A stretch of DNA of 47,675 bases from Eledone cirrhosa (taxonomy: Eukaryota), in the NCBI GenBank assembly GCA_964016885.1, contig CAXHJY010000350.1, positions 1 to 47,675 on the forward strand, given 5' to 3'. The position numbers were made by a program, and so were the translations under genes. The notes beneath the pieces are model-generated. The model was not told the origin of the DNA. It worked only from the letters and a program-made list of their open reading frames with translations, and made no database searches. Positions 28,463 to 41,600 of this stretch are shown piece after piece; the stretch's first letter is position 1; each line of letters opens with the position of its first letter.

Positions 28463-29299
28463 ATTATTGTGTATAGTAAATGAACTGATGCTTCTTTCTT
28501 CCACGTTCGTTGATAGATGTTTTAAAAAAGATTTATCGCTATTTTTTGTTGTTGTTGAATAAATTTATCTGTTGCTTTTGAATAATTGTTGTTTCGTATG
28601 AAATGTGATAAGTTCTCTTCGTTGTCATTGAAGTAAATAAATGTTTGACCGTTCCACACTCAAAAACAAACGTTCTCTCTCTCTCTCTCTTAAAGTTTGT
28701 AAGTTTAATCGTATATAAGAGAAAGTTGCAGCATGTATGTAGTTTTATCGAATTTTAAGAGGAGTAGAGAGAGGTAAACTGATTGTATTACAGGGGTAAA
28801 GCGTCATGTATTTAGTTTTATCGATTATTTCCGTAATTGTGGGTGAGTTTGAATGAAATAAATAGTCGTTGACCTAAGTTTGACCATTTACAACATTCTT
28901 ACAGACTTTGAGTCGAATCGGTTTGCAATTGTGCAAATGTATAAACATGGAACATGCACACACACACACACACACAACAACAACAATCTGCCTTTTATAG
29001 GTAATTGTTTCTACTTTTGGCACAATAATGATACATATAAATGTATGCATATGCACATACTCACACGCACGCACATATTCACATACTCGTCAGCTTATGG
29101 AAACAAATTCTAGTATTTGAATAGTTCGGGAATGTCCGTGACTGTACTCGTTCATCGCCGTATAAATTTGGAGCAATAATCTGCGATTAATTGCATATTT
29201 AGCTGAACCGGCGTTTCCATGCAACGACAAAGCTAATAGCCTCTCTATAACGACGATGACAACAACAACAACGACAACAACAAACAAGAAAAGGCACAA

Positions 29300-29444
29300 T
29301 ATTACACACATACACATACACACACACAGAGACACGGACACATACAAAAACAGATGCACACACAATACACACAATACACTCACACAATACTCTCACATAT
29401 GCAAACACACACACACCCACTCATAAATTCATACACGACGAGAC

Positions 29445-29489
<45 letters not shown>

Positions 29490-29729
29490 CTATATTAACA
29501 AGTGATATAGTTTAAAAGCCAATGTTTATAGTTTTACACACACATACAGACACACAGACAGGCTGACACACACACACACGCAGCGCGCGCGCACACAAAC
29601 ACACAGACACACGCGCGCACATACACACACACAGATATACATACAGACAGACAAACTCTCACACACATGCACGCACACACACACACACACACAGACATAC
29701 ATACATATATACAGAGAGACAGACAAACT

Positions 29730-29782
<53 letters not shown>

Positions 29783-30090
29783 CCGTTCAATTACATTTTC
29801 GGTTTGTCTTTTTCCTGAAATTGTGCTTATTATTGGTTTTGAAATTCAATTTATAATTCGTGTGTGTATGTGTGTGTGTATGTGTGTGTGTATGTATGTG
29901 TGTGTATACGTGTGTATGTATGTCTGTGTATGTGTGTGTGTATGTATGTGTGTGTGCATGTATGTATATGCGTGAATGTGTGTGTGTATATGTGTGTATG
30001 TATGTGTATGTATGTGTGTATGTATGTGTGTGTATTTATGTGTGTGTGTATTTATGTTTGTGTGTATGTATGTGTGTTTGTATATGTAAA
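29300..30090. repeat. Degenerate (CA)n block followed by a (TG)n block
   Basis: CA-rich at 29300-29780 and TG-rich at 29860-30090. Confidence 0.9.
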
Positions 30091-31419
30091 TGTCGTTAGA
30101 AGGCACACGTAAGAACATATCAAAGTTGTGGAAGAATCTTTAGGGAACCATTTTCTGGTCAATTTCCTTGCATCAGTGTTGTTTTCTCAACTGATGTCAT
30201 TACAGAATCGCTAATGGCATTTAATTAAAAATCGATTGTAATCTAAAAGCCTGATGTGTCCAATAACGAATGACACAGGAACAAATCCCTTGCTAGGTTA
30301 ATTCACTTTATATAGTTTTATACAGTGTGAGGTTTCCACTACGTTTAAAAATGATTCATACATCTCATTAACCAATGTATCGTTTTCATTTTTTAACTTT
30401 CTCTTTTTTTGAAATTTTTTTGAAATTTTTTTTTTTTATAAAAAAACAATCTAACATAAATCGACAGTCGATCGACTTTCGTCAAATCGGACCGAGGAAA
30501 CAATGTTTCCATTGGTCTTTCCAATTGCTAGTACTATCTTTCGATCGCAACTCCAGGTAGAAGGAGCAACGTGAAATAAAATGTCTTGCTCAAGGACATA
30601 ACGCATCACCCGGTCCGGGAATCGAACTCACAACCTCATGATTGCAAATCTAATTATATAACCACTCAAAATACAGAGAAATAGAAACGAACCGTTATTG
30701 TTTTTTGTTTTTTTTGTTTCGGGAGACAAAACTATATTACGAGGTGGGCCTAGTGAAATGCGGCAAATTAGCATGCTCTTTAGGGTGTCGGGTTGAATAT
30801 GGCTTGTTATTTGTTATTTGTTCTGGATCCTTGCGCTCCGAGTTCAAATCCCGACAGTATCAACTTTGCCTTTCATCATTTCGAGGTCGATAAGTGAAGT
30901 ACTGGGGTAGATTGTAGATTCTTTTCTCTCTCTCGCTCTCTCTCGCTCTCTCTCTCTCTCTCGCCTGTATTTTGACCTAGAGGAAGATGTACACAAGGTT
31001 TATAATGTCCCGAAAGACACCGTATGTCAGAACGTCGCTCAGATGACTCCATCTTAAGTCTTGAATGTATGACTATAATAATGTAGAAGAAAAATAATAG
31101 GGAAGAAAAGGAGCCAATTTTGTCCCTGCACCTGTAAATTCCTCTCTCCCTATCCAAACTCTTCCCTTCTTTCCTTTAAACTCTTCCCTTCCCCGCTAAA
31201 CCCTTCTCTACTCCATCTAAACTCCTGCCTCCCTATCCAAACTCCATCTAAACTGCTCCTTTCCCTCTCTAAACTCCCTTCCCCACTGAACTTCTCTAAG
31301 CTCCTCATTTTTTCTCCAAATTCCTCCTCTAAACTTCTTTCACCCAATATATTCCTGCTTTCACCCAATAAACTGCTCTTTTCTCCCTCTAAAATAATTT
31401 CTGTTTTGTAACATTCCAG

Positions 31420-31529
31420 GTGACGGCAGGTTTTCATTTGAAGAATTTATTCAGTTTATGGAAAACATTGGAGGAATCACAGAAAACAAGGAAGGGGATG
31501 ATGATGAAGAATTGCGACAGGCATTTAAG
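31420..31529 (+). CDS. Calmodulin-like gene exon: end of EF-hand 2 and central linker (GDGRFSFEEFIQFMENIGGITENKEGDDDEELRQAFK)
   Basis: Acceptor acattccag, donor aag|gtaggt, 110 nt, phase 1/0. Completes the loop DIDGDGRFSFEE; EELRQAFK matches CaM EEIREAFR. Confidence 0.94.
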
Positions 31530-31597
31530 GTAGGTAAGGTTCAGATGAGTGGAGTATGGGTCATTAGAGTGGAGTAAGGTTTTGAGGGAGGAGAAGA

Positions 31598-32208
31598 CCA
31601 CTGGTGCAGCCAGTTGTTGGGGTGCCACTCTAGATGTGCCACTGGTGCAGCCAATCATTGGGGTGCCACAGTAGATATGCCACTGGTACAGCCAGTCGTT
31701 GGGGTGTCACAGTATGTGTGCCACTGGTGTAGCCAGTTGTTAGGGTGTCACACTAGATGTGCCACTGGTGCAGTCAGTCATTGGGGAGCCACACTAGATG
31801 TGCCACTGGTGCAGTCAGTCATTGGGGATCCACACTAGATGTGCCACTGGATCAGTCAGTCATTGGGGATCCACACTAGATGTGCCACTGGTGCAGTCAA
31901 TCGTTGGGATGTCACTCTAGATGTGCCACTGGTGCAGTCAGTCATTGGGGAGCCACACTAGATGTGCCACTGGTGTAGTCAGTCATTGGGGAGCCACTCT
32001 AGATGTGCCACTGGTGCAGTCAGTCGTTGGGATGTCACACTAGATGTGCCACTGGTGCAGTCAGTCATTGGGGAGCCACTCTAGATGTGCCACTGGTGCA
32101 GTCAGTCGTTGGGGAGCCACACTAGATGTGCCACTGGTGCAGTCAGTCGTTGGGATGTCACACTAGATGTGCCACTGGTGCAGTCAGTCGTTGGGGAGCC
32201 ACACTAGA
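31598..32208. repeat. 41-bp minisatellite, about 15 copies
   Basis: Unit ccactggtgcagtcagtcattggggagccacactagatgtg; period measured from 31598 to 31639. Confidence 0.93.
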
Positions 32209-32214
32209 TTTGTT

Positions 32215-32686
32215 CACAGTCAGTCATTTCCACTGGTCTCTATTCTCCGTCATGTGTAGAAAGGTTTCGATGTTGTGACCACTCCAGTCTTTGATGCTGT
32301 CGGACCAGAATTTTCTTTCATTGCTTCTCTTTCGACCTCCATCGACTGTGCTCTGAAGAATGGATTTAGACAAGGAGTTGTGACGAGATATATAACAATA
32401 CCAAGCAAGCTCCTGTCTTTTCACCATCGCAAGAGGTGGTTCCTGTCTGCCAGCATATTTGTTAACTTGTTGCCTGACAAAGCTGTTTGTTTTGTATTCC
32501 GTGAATGGGATGTGTAGCAACGTTCTAAAGCACTTGAGTTCGAATGATTGGATCCTTCATTCCATGTCTGTTGTGAGGGTCCAGCTCCCGCACCCATGTA
32601 AAAGGATCAAAGTCACCAAGGACTTGTATAGTTTGAGATTCGTTGGGAAACTGACGGTGCTGCTTTTCCATATGACTTTCAGCTTT
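32215..32686 (-). mobile_element. RTE-clade LINE remnant, part downstream of the satellite
   Basis: Minus-strand translation AKLKVIWKSSTVSFPTNLKLYKSLVTLILLHGCGSWTL...RIQSFELKCFRTLLHI...LAWYCYISRHNSLSKSILQSTVDGGRKR...W...RDQWK, an RTE post-RT domain with a premature stop. Confidence 0.9.
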
Positions 32687-35600
32687 GCCATGGCAGAAGT
32701 GGCCATGGCAGAAGTGGCCATGGCAGAAGTGGCCATGGCAGAAGTGGCCATGGCAGAAGTGGTCATGGCAGAAGTGGCCATGGCAGAAGTGGCCATGGCA
32801 GAAGTGGCCATGGCAGAAGTAGCCATGGTAGAAGTGGCCATGGCAGAAGTGGCCATGGCAGAAGTAGCCATGGTAGAAGTGGCCATGGCAGAAGTGGCCA
32901 TGGCAGAAGTGGCCATGGCAGAAGTGGCCATGGCAGAAGTGGCCATGGCAGAAGTAGCCATGGTAGAAGTGGCCATGGCAGAAGTGGCTAAGGCAGAAGT
33001 GGCCATGGCAGAAGTGGCCATGGCAGAAGTGGCCATGGCAGAAGTGGCCATGGCAGAAGTAGCCATGGTAGAAGTGGCCATGGCAGAAGTGGCCATGGCA
33101 GAAGTGGTCATGGCAGAAGTGGCCATGGCAGAAGTGGCCATGGCAGAAGTGGCCATGGCAGAAGTAGCCATGGTAGAAGTGGCCATGGCAGAAGTAGCCA
33201 TGGCAGAAGTGGCCATGGCAGAAGTGGCCATGGCAGAAGTGGCCATGGCAGAAGTGGCCATGGCAGAAGTGGCCATGGCAGAAGTGGCCATGGCAGAAGT
33301 AGCCATGGTAGAAGTGGCCATGGCAGAAGTGGCCATGGCAGAAGTGGCCATGGCAAAAGTGGCCATGGCAGAAGTGGCCATGGCAGAAGTGGTCATGGCA
33401 GAAGTGGCCATGGCAGAAGTGGCCATGGCAGAAGTAGCCATGGTAGAAGTGGCCATGGCAGAAGTGGCCATGGCAGAAGTGGCCATGGCAAAAGTGGCCA
33501 TGGCAGAAGTGGCCATGGCAAAAGTGGCCATGGCAGAAGTAGCCATGGCAGAAGTGGCCATGGCAGAAGTGGCCATGGCAGAAGTGGCCATGGCAGAAGT
33601 GGCCATGGCAGAAGTGGCCATGGCAGAAGTGGCTAAGGCAGAAGTGGCCATGGCAGAAGTGGCCATGGCAGAAGTGGCCATGGCAGAAGTGGCCATGGCA
33701 GAAGTGGCATGGCAGAAGTGGCTAAGGCAGAAGTGGCCATGGCAGAAGTGGCCATGGCAGAAGTGGCATGGCAGAAGTGGCCATGGCAGAAGTAGCCATG
33801 GCAGAAGTAGCCATGGTAGAAGTGGTCATGGCAGAAGTGGCCATGGCAGAAGTGGCCATGGCAGAAGTAGCCATGGCAGAAGTGGCCATGGCAGAAGTGG
33901 CTAAGGCAGAAGTGGCCATGGCAGAAGTGGCTAAGGCAGAAGTGGCCATGGCAGAAGTGGCTAAGGCAGAAGTGGCCATGGCAGAAGTGGCCATGGCAGA
34001 AGTGGCCATGGCAGAAGTGGCCATGGCAGAAGTGGCCATGGCAGAAGTGGCCATGGCAGAAGTAGCCATGGCAGAAGTGGCCATGGCAGAAGTGGCCATG
34101 GCAGAAGTGGCCATGGCAGAAGTAGCCATGGTAGAAGTGGCCATGGCAGAAGTAGCCATGGCAGAAGTGGCCATGGCAGAAGTGGTCATGGCAGAAGTGG
34201 CCATGGCAGAAGTGGCATGGCAGAAGTGGCTAAGGCAGAAGTGGCCATGGCAGAAGTGGCTAAGGCAGAAGTGGCCATGGCAGAAGTGGCTAAGGCAGAA
34301 GTGGCCATGGCAGAAGTGGCCATGGCAGAAGTGGCATGGCAGAAGTGGCCATGGCAGAAGTGGCTAAGGCAGAAGTGGCATGGCAGAAGTGGCATGGCAG
34401 AAGTGGCCATGGCAGAAGTGGCTAAGGCAGAAGTGGCCATGGCAGAAGTGGCCATGGCAGAGGTGGCCATGGCAGAAGTGGTCATGGCAGAAGTGGCCAT
34501 GGCAGAAGTAGCCATGGCAGAAGTGGCCATGGCAGAAGTGGCATGGCAGAAGTGGCATGGCAGAAGTGGCATGGCAGAAGTGGTCATGGCAGAAGTGGCC
34601 ATGGCAGAAGTAGCCATGGCAGAAGTGGCCATGGCAGAAGTGGCATGGCAGAAGTGGCCATGGCAGAAGTGGCCATGGCAGAAGTGGCATGGCAGAAGTG
34701 GCCATGGCAGAAGTGGCATGGCAGAAGTGGCCATGGCAGAAGTGGCCATGGCAGAAGTGGCCATGGCAGAAGTAGCCATGGCAGAAGTGGCCATGGCAGA
34801 AGTAGCCATGGCAGAAGTAGCCATGGCAGAAGTGGCCATGGCAGAAGTAGCCATGGCAGAAGTGGCCATGGCAGAAGTAGCCATGGCAGAAGTAGCTAAG
34901 GCAGAAGTGGCCATGGCAGAAGTGGCCATGGCAGAAGTGGCTAAGGCAGAAGTGGCATGGCAGAAGTGGCTAAGGCAGAAGTGGCCATGGCAGAAGTGGC
35001 ATGGCAGAAGTGGCTAAGGCAGAAGTGGCCATGGCAGAAGTGGCTAAGGCAGAAGTGGCATGGCAGAAGTGGCTAAGGCAGAAGTGGCCATGGCAGAAGT
35101 GGCATGGCAGAAGTGGCTAAGGCAGAAGTGGCCATGGCAGAAGTGGCTAAGGCAGAAGTGGCCATGGCAGAAGTGGCATGGCAGAAGTGGCTAAGGCAGA
35201 AGTGGCCATGGCAGAAGTGGCCATGGCAGAAGTGGCCATGGCAGAAGTGGCCATGGCAGAAGTGGCCATGGCAGAAGTGGCCATGGCAGAAGTGGCCATG
35301 GCAGAAGTGGCCATGGCAGAAGTAGCCATGGCAGAAGTGGCTAAGGCAGAAGTGGCCATGGCAGAAGTGGCATGGCAGAAGTGGCCATGGCAGAAGTGGC
35401 CATGGCAGAAGTGGCATGGCAGAAGTGGCCATGGCAGAAGTGGCATGGCAGAAGTGGCCATGGCAGAAGTGGCATGGCAGAAGTGGCCATGGCAGAAGTG
35501 GCCATGGCAGAAGTGGCCATGGCAGAAGTGGCCATGGCAGAAGTGGCTAAGGCAGAAGTGGTCATGGCAGAAGTGGCATGGCAGAAGTGGCCATGGCAGA

Positions 35601-38600
35601 AGTGGCCATGGCAGAAGTGGCATGGCAGAAGTGGCCATGGCAGAAGTGGCCATGGCAGAAGTGGCCATGGCAGAAGTGGCCATGGCAGAAGTGGCCATGG
35701 CAGAAGTGGCCATGGCAGAAGTGGCCATGGCAGAAGTGGCCATGGCAGAAGTGGCCATGGCAGAAGTGGCCATGGCAGAAGTAGCCATGGCAGAAGTGGC
35801 TAAGGCAGAAGTGGCCATGGCAGAAGTGGCATGGCAGAAGTGGCTAAGGCAGAAGTGGCATGGCAGAAGTGGCCATGGCAGAAGTGGCTAAGGCAGAAGT
35901 GGCCATGGCAGAAGTGGCATGGCAGAAGTGGCCATGGCAGAAGTGGCCATGGCAGAAGTGGCTAAGGCAGAAGTGGCCATGGCAGAAGTGGCATGGCAGA
36001 AGTGGCTAAGGCAGAAGTGGCATGGCAGAAGTGGCTAAGGCAGAAGTGGCCATGGCAGAAGTGGCATGGCAGAAGTGGCTAAGGCAGAAGTGGCCATGGC
36101 AGAAGTGGCTAAGGCAGAAGTGGCCATGGCAGAAGTGGCATGGCAGAAGTGGCCATGGCAGAAGTGGCTAAGGCAGAAGTGGCATGGCAGAAGTGGCTAA
36201 GGCAGAAGTGGCCATGGCAGAAGTGGCATGGCAGAAGTGGCTAAGGCAGAAGTGGCCATGGCAGAAGTGGCTAAGGCAGAAGTGGCCATGGCAGAAGTGG
36301 CATGGCAGAAGTGGCTAAGGCAGAAGTGGCCATGGCAGAAGTGGCATGGCAGAAGTGGCCATGGCAGAAGTGGCTAAGGCAGAAGTGGCATGGCAGAAGT
36401 GGCTAAGGCAGAAGTGGCCATGGCAGAAGTGGCATGGCAGAAGTGGCTAAGGCAGAAGTGGCCATGGCAGAAGTGGCATGGCAGAAGTGGCCATGGCAGA
36501 AGTGGCCATGGCAGAAGTGGCCATGGCAGAAGTGGCCATGGCAGAAGTGGCCATGGCAGAAGTGGCCATGGCAGAAGTGGCTAAGGCAGAAGTGGCCATG
36601 GCAGAAGTGGCATGGCAGAAGTGGCTAAGGCAGAAGTGGCATGGCAGAAGTGGCCATGGCAGAAGTGGCCATGGCAGAAGTGGCATGGCAGAAGTGGCTA
36701 AGGCAGAAGTGGCATGGCAGAAGTGGCCATGGCAGAAGTGGCCATGGCAGAAGTAGCCATGGCAGAAGTGGCCATGGCAGAAGTAGCCATGGCAGAAGTA
36801 GCCATGGCAGAAGTGGCCATGGCAGAAGTAGCCATGGCAGAAGTAGCCATGGCAGAAGTGGCCATGGCAGAAGTAGCCATGGCAGAAGTGGCTAAGGCAG
36901 AAGTGGCCATGGCAGAAGTGGCCATGGCAGAAGTGGCCATGGCAGAAGTGGCCATGGCAGAAGTGGCTAAGGCAGAAGTGGCCATGGCAGAAGTGGCCAT
37001 GGCAGAAGTGGCATGGCAGAAGTGGCCATGGCAGAAGTGGCCATGGCAGAAGTAGCCATGGCAGAAGTGGCTAAGGCAGAAGTGGCCATGGCAGAAGTGG
37101 CCATGGCAGAAGTGGCATGGCAGAAGTGGCCATGGCAGAAGTGGCCATGGCAGAAGTAGCCATGGCAGAAGTGGCTAAGGCAGAAGTGGCCATGGCAGAA
37201 GTGGCATGGCAGAAGTGGCTAAGGCAGAAGTGGCCATGGCAGAAGTGGCATGGCAGAAGTGGCTAAGGCAGAAGTGGCCATGGCAGAAGTGGCTAAGGCA
37301 GAAGTGGCCATGGCAGAAGTGGCATGGCAGAAGTGGCTAAGGCAGAAGTGGCCATGGCAGAAGTGGCATGGCAGAAGTGGCCATGGCAGAAGTGGCTAAG
37401 GCAGAAGTGGCATGGCAGAAGTGGCTAAGGCAGAAGTGGCCATGGCAGAAGTGGCATGGCAGAAGTGGCTAAGGCAGAAGTGGCCATGGCAGAAGTGGCA
37501 TGGCAGAAGTGGCCATGGCAGAAGTGGCCATGGCAGAAGTGGCCATGGCAGAAGTGGCTAAGGCAGAAGTGGCCATGGCAGAAGTGGCATGGCAGAAGTG
37601 GCCATGGCAGAAGTAGCCATGGCAGAAGTGGCCATGGCAGAAGTGGCCATGGCAGAAGTGGCCATGGCAGAAGTGGCTAAGGCAGAAGTGGCCATGGCAG
37701 AAGTGGCCATGGCAGAAGTAGCCATGGCAGAAGTGGCCATGGCAGAAGTAGCCATGGCAGAAGTGGCCATGGCAGAAGTGGCTAAGGCAGAAGTGGCCAT
37801 GGCAGAAGTGGCCATGGCAGAAGTGGCCATGGCAGAAGTGGCCATGGCAGAAGTAGCCATGGCAGAAGTGGCCATGGCAGAAGTAGCCATGGCAGAAGTG
37901 GCCATGGCAGAAGTGGCCATGGCAGAAGTGGCCATGGCAGAAGTGGCCATGGCAGAAGTGGCCATGGCAGAAGTGGCCATGGCAGAAGTGGCCATGGCAG
38001 AAGTGGTCATGGCAGAAGTAGCCATGGCAGAAGTGGTCATGGCAGAAGTAGCCATGGCAGAAGTGGTCATGGCAGAAGTGGCCATGGCAGAAGTGGCTAA
38101 GGCAGAAGTGGCCATGGCAGAAGTGGCCATGGCAGAAGTGGCCATGGCAGAAGTGGCCATGGCAGAAGTGGCCATGGCAGAAGTGGCCATGGCAGAAGTG
38201 GCCATGGCAGAAGTGGCCATGGCAGAAGTGGCCATGGCAGAAGTGGTCATGGCAGAAGTAGCCATGGCAGAAGTGGTCATGGCAGAAGTAGCCATGGCAG
38301 AAGTGGTCATGGCAGAAGTGGCTAAGGCAGAAGTGGCCATGGCAGAAGTGGCCATGGCAGAAGTAGCCATGGCAGAAGTGGCCATGGCAGAAGTGGCCAT
38401 GGCAGAAGTGGCCATGGCAGAAGTGGCCATGGCAGAAGTGGCCATGGCAGAAGTGGCCATGGCAGAAGTGGCCATGGCAGAAGTGGCCATGGCAGAAGTG
38501 GTCATGGCAGAAGTAGCCATGGCAGAAGTGGTCATGGCAGAAGTAGCCATGGCAGAAGTGGTCATGGCAGAAGTGGCTAAGGCAGAAGTGGCCATGGCAG

Positions 38601-41600
38601 AAGTGGCCATGGCAGAAGTAGCCATGGCAGAAGTGGCCATGGCAGAAGTAGCCATGGCAGAAGTAGCCATGGCAGAAGTGGCCATGGCAGAAGTGGCATG
38701 GCAGAAGTGGCCATGGCAGAAGTGGCTAAGGCAGAAGTGGCCATGGCAGAAGTGGCCATGGCAGAAGTGGCCATGGCAGAAGTGGCATGGCAGAAGTGGC
38801 CATGGCAGAAGTGGCCATGGCAGAAGTGGCCATGGCAGAAGTGGCATGGCAGAAGTGGCCATGGCAGAAGTGGCCATGGCAGAAGTGGCCATGGCAGAAG
38901 TGGCTAAGGCAGAAGTGGTCATGGCAGAAGTAGCCATGGCAGAAGTGGTCATGGCAGAAGTGGCCATGGCAGAAGTAGCCATGGCAGAAGTGGCCATGGC
39001 AGAAGTGGCATGGCAGAAGTGGCCATGGCAGAAGTGGCCATGGCAGAAGTAGCCATGGCAGAAGTGGCCATGGCAGAAGTGGCCATGGCAGAAGTAGCCA
39101 TGGCAGAAGTGGCCATGGCAGAAGTGGCCATGGCAGAAGTGGCCATGGCAGAAGTGGCCATGGCAGAAGTGGCCATGGCAGAAGTGGCTAAGGCAGAAGT
39201 AGCCATGGCAGAAGTGGCCATGGCAGAAGTGGCCATGGCAGAAGTGGCTAAGGCAGAAGTGGCCATGGCAGAAGTGGCCATGGCAGAAGTGGCCATGGCA
39301 GAAGTGGCCATGGCAGAAGTGGCCATGGCAGAAGTGGCCATGGCAGAAGTGGCTAAGGCAGAAGTGGCCATGGCAGAAGTGGCCATGGCAGAAGTGGCCA
39401 TGGCAGAAGTAGCCATGGCAGAAGTGGCTAAGGCAGAAGTGGCATGGCAGAAGTGGCATGGCAGAAGTGGCCATGGCAGAAGTGGCCATGGCAGAAGTGG
39501 CTAAGGCAGAAGTGGCCATGGCAGAAGTGGCTAAGGCAGAAGTAGCCATGGCAGAAGTGGCCATGGCAGAAGTGGCCATGGCAGAAGTGGCTAAGGCAGA
39601 AGTGGCCATGGCAGAAGTGGCCATGGCAGAAGTGGCTAAGGCAGAAGTGGCCATGGCAGAAGTGGCCATGGCAGAAGTGGCCATGGCAGAAGTGGCCATG
39701 GCAGAAGTGGCTAAGGCAGAAGTGGCATGGCAGAAGTGGTCATGGCAGAAGTGGCCATGGCAGAAGTGGCTAAGGCAGAAGTGGCCATGGCAGAAGTGGC
39801 CATGGCAGAAGTAGCCATGGCAGAAGTAGCCATGGCAGAAGTGGCCATGGCAGAAGTGGCCATGGCAGAAGTAGCCATGGCAGAAGTGGCCATGGCAGAA
39901 GTGGCCATGGCAGAAGTAGCCATGGCAGAAGTGGCTAAGGCAGAAGTGGCATGGCAGAAGTGGCCATGGCAGAAGTGGCCATGGCAGAAGTGGCCATGGC
40001 AGAAGTAGCCATGGCAGAAGTGGCCATGGCAGAAGTGGCATGGCAGAAGTAGCCATGGCAGAAGTGGCCATGGCAGAAGTGGCATGGCAGAAGTGGCCAT
40101 GGCAGAAGTAGCCATGGCAGAAGTGGCCATGGCAGAAGTGGCCATGGCAGAAGTGGCTAAGGCAGAAGTGGCATGGCAGAAGTGGCCATGGCAGAAGTGG
40201 CCATGGCAGAAGTGGCCATGGCAGAAGTGGCCATGGCAGAAGTGGCCATGGCAGAAGTGGCCATGGCAGAAGTGGCTAAGGCAGAAGTAGCCATGGCAGA
40301 AGTGGCCATGGCAGAAGTGGCCATGGCAGAAGTAGCCATGGCAGAAGTGGCTAAGGCAGAAGTAGCCATGGCAGAAGTGGCCATGGCAGAAGTAGCCATG
40401 GCAGAAGTGGCCATGGCAGAAGTGGCCATGGCAGAAGTAGCCATGGCAGAAGTGGCTAAGGCAGAAGTAGCCATGGCAGAAGTGGCCATGGCAGAAGTGG
40501 CCATGGCAGAAGTAGCCATGGCAGAAGTGGCTAAGGCAGAAGTGGCATGGCAGAAGTGGCCATGGCAGAAGTGGCCATGGCAGAAGTGGCCATGGCAGAA
40601 GTGGCCATGGCAGAAGTGGCCATGGCAGAAGTAGCCATGGCAGAAGTGGCTAAGGCAGAAGTAGCCATGGCAGAAGTGGCCATGGCAGAAGTAGCCATGG
40701 CAGAAGTGGCCATGGCAGAAGTGGCCATGGCAGAAGTAGCCATGGCAGAAGTGGCCATGGCAGAAGTAGCCATGGCAGAAGTGGCCATGGCAGAAGTGGC
40801 CATGGCAGAAGTAGCCATGGCAGAAGTGGCTAAGGCAGAAGTGGCATGGCAGAAGTGGCCATGGCAGAAGTGGCCATGGCAGAAGTGGCCATGGCAGAAG
40901 TGGCCATGGCAGAAGTAGCCATGGCAGAAGTGGCTAAGGCAGAAGTAGCCATGGCAGAAGTGGCCATGGCAGAAGTAGCCATGGCAGAAGTGGCCATGGC
41001 AGAAGTGGCCATGGCAGAAGTAGCCATGGCAGAAGTGGCTAAGGCAGAAGTGGCATGGCAGAAGTGGCCATGGCAGAAGTGGCCATGGCAGAAGTGGCCA
41101 TGGCAGAAGTAGCCATGGCAGAAGTAGCCATGGCAGAAGTAGCCATGGCAGAAGTGGCCATGGCAGAAGTGGCCATGGCAGAAGTGGCCATGGCAGAAGT
41201 AGCCATGGCAGAAGTGGCCATGGCAGAAGTGGCCATGGCAGAAGTAGCCATGGCAGAAGTGGCCATGGCAGAAGTGGCCATGGCAGAAGTAGCCATGGCA
41301 GAAGTGGCTAAGGCAGAAGTGGCCATGGCAGAAGTGGCCATGGCAGAAGTAGCCATGGCAGAAGTGGCCATGGCAGAAGTGGCCATGGCAGAAGTAGCCA
41401 TGGCAGAAGTGGCCATGGCAGAAGTGGCCATGGCAGAAGTAGCTAAGGCAGAAGTGGCCATGGCAGAAGTGGCTAAGGCAGAAGTGGCCATGGCAGAAGT
41501 GGCCATGGCAGAAGTGGCTAAGGCAGAAGTGGCCATGGCAGAAGTGGCATGGCAGAAGTGGCTAAGGCAGAAGTGGCCATGGCAGAAGTAGCTAAGGCAG

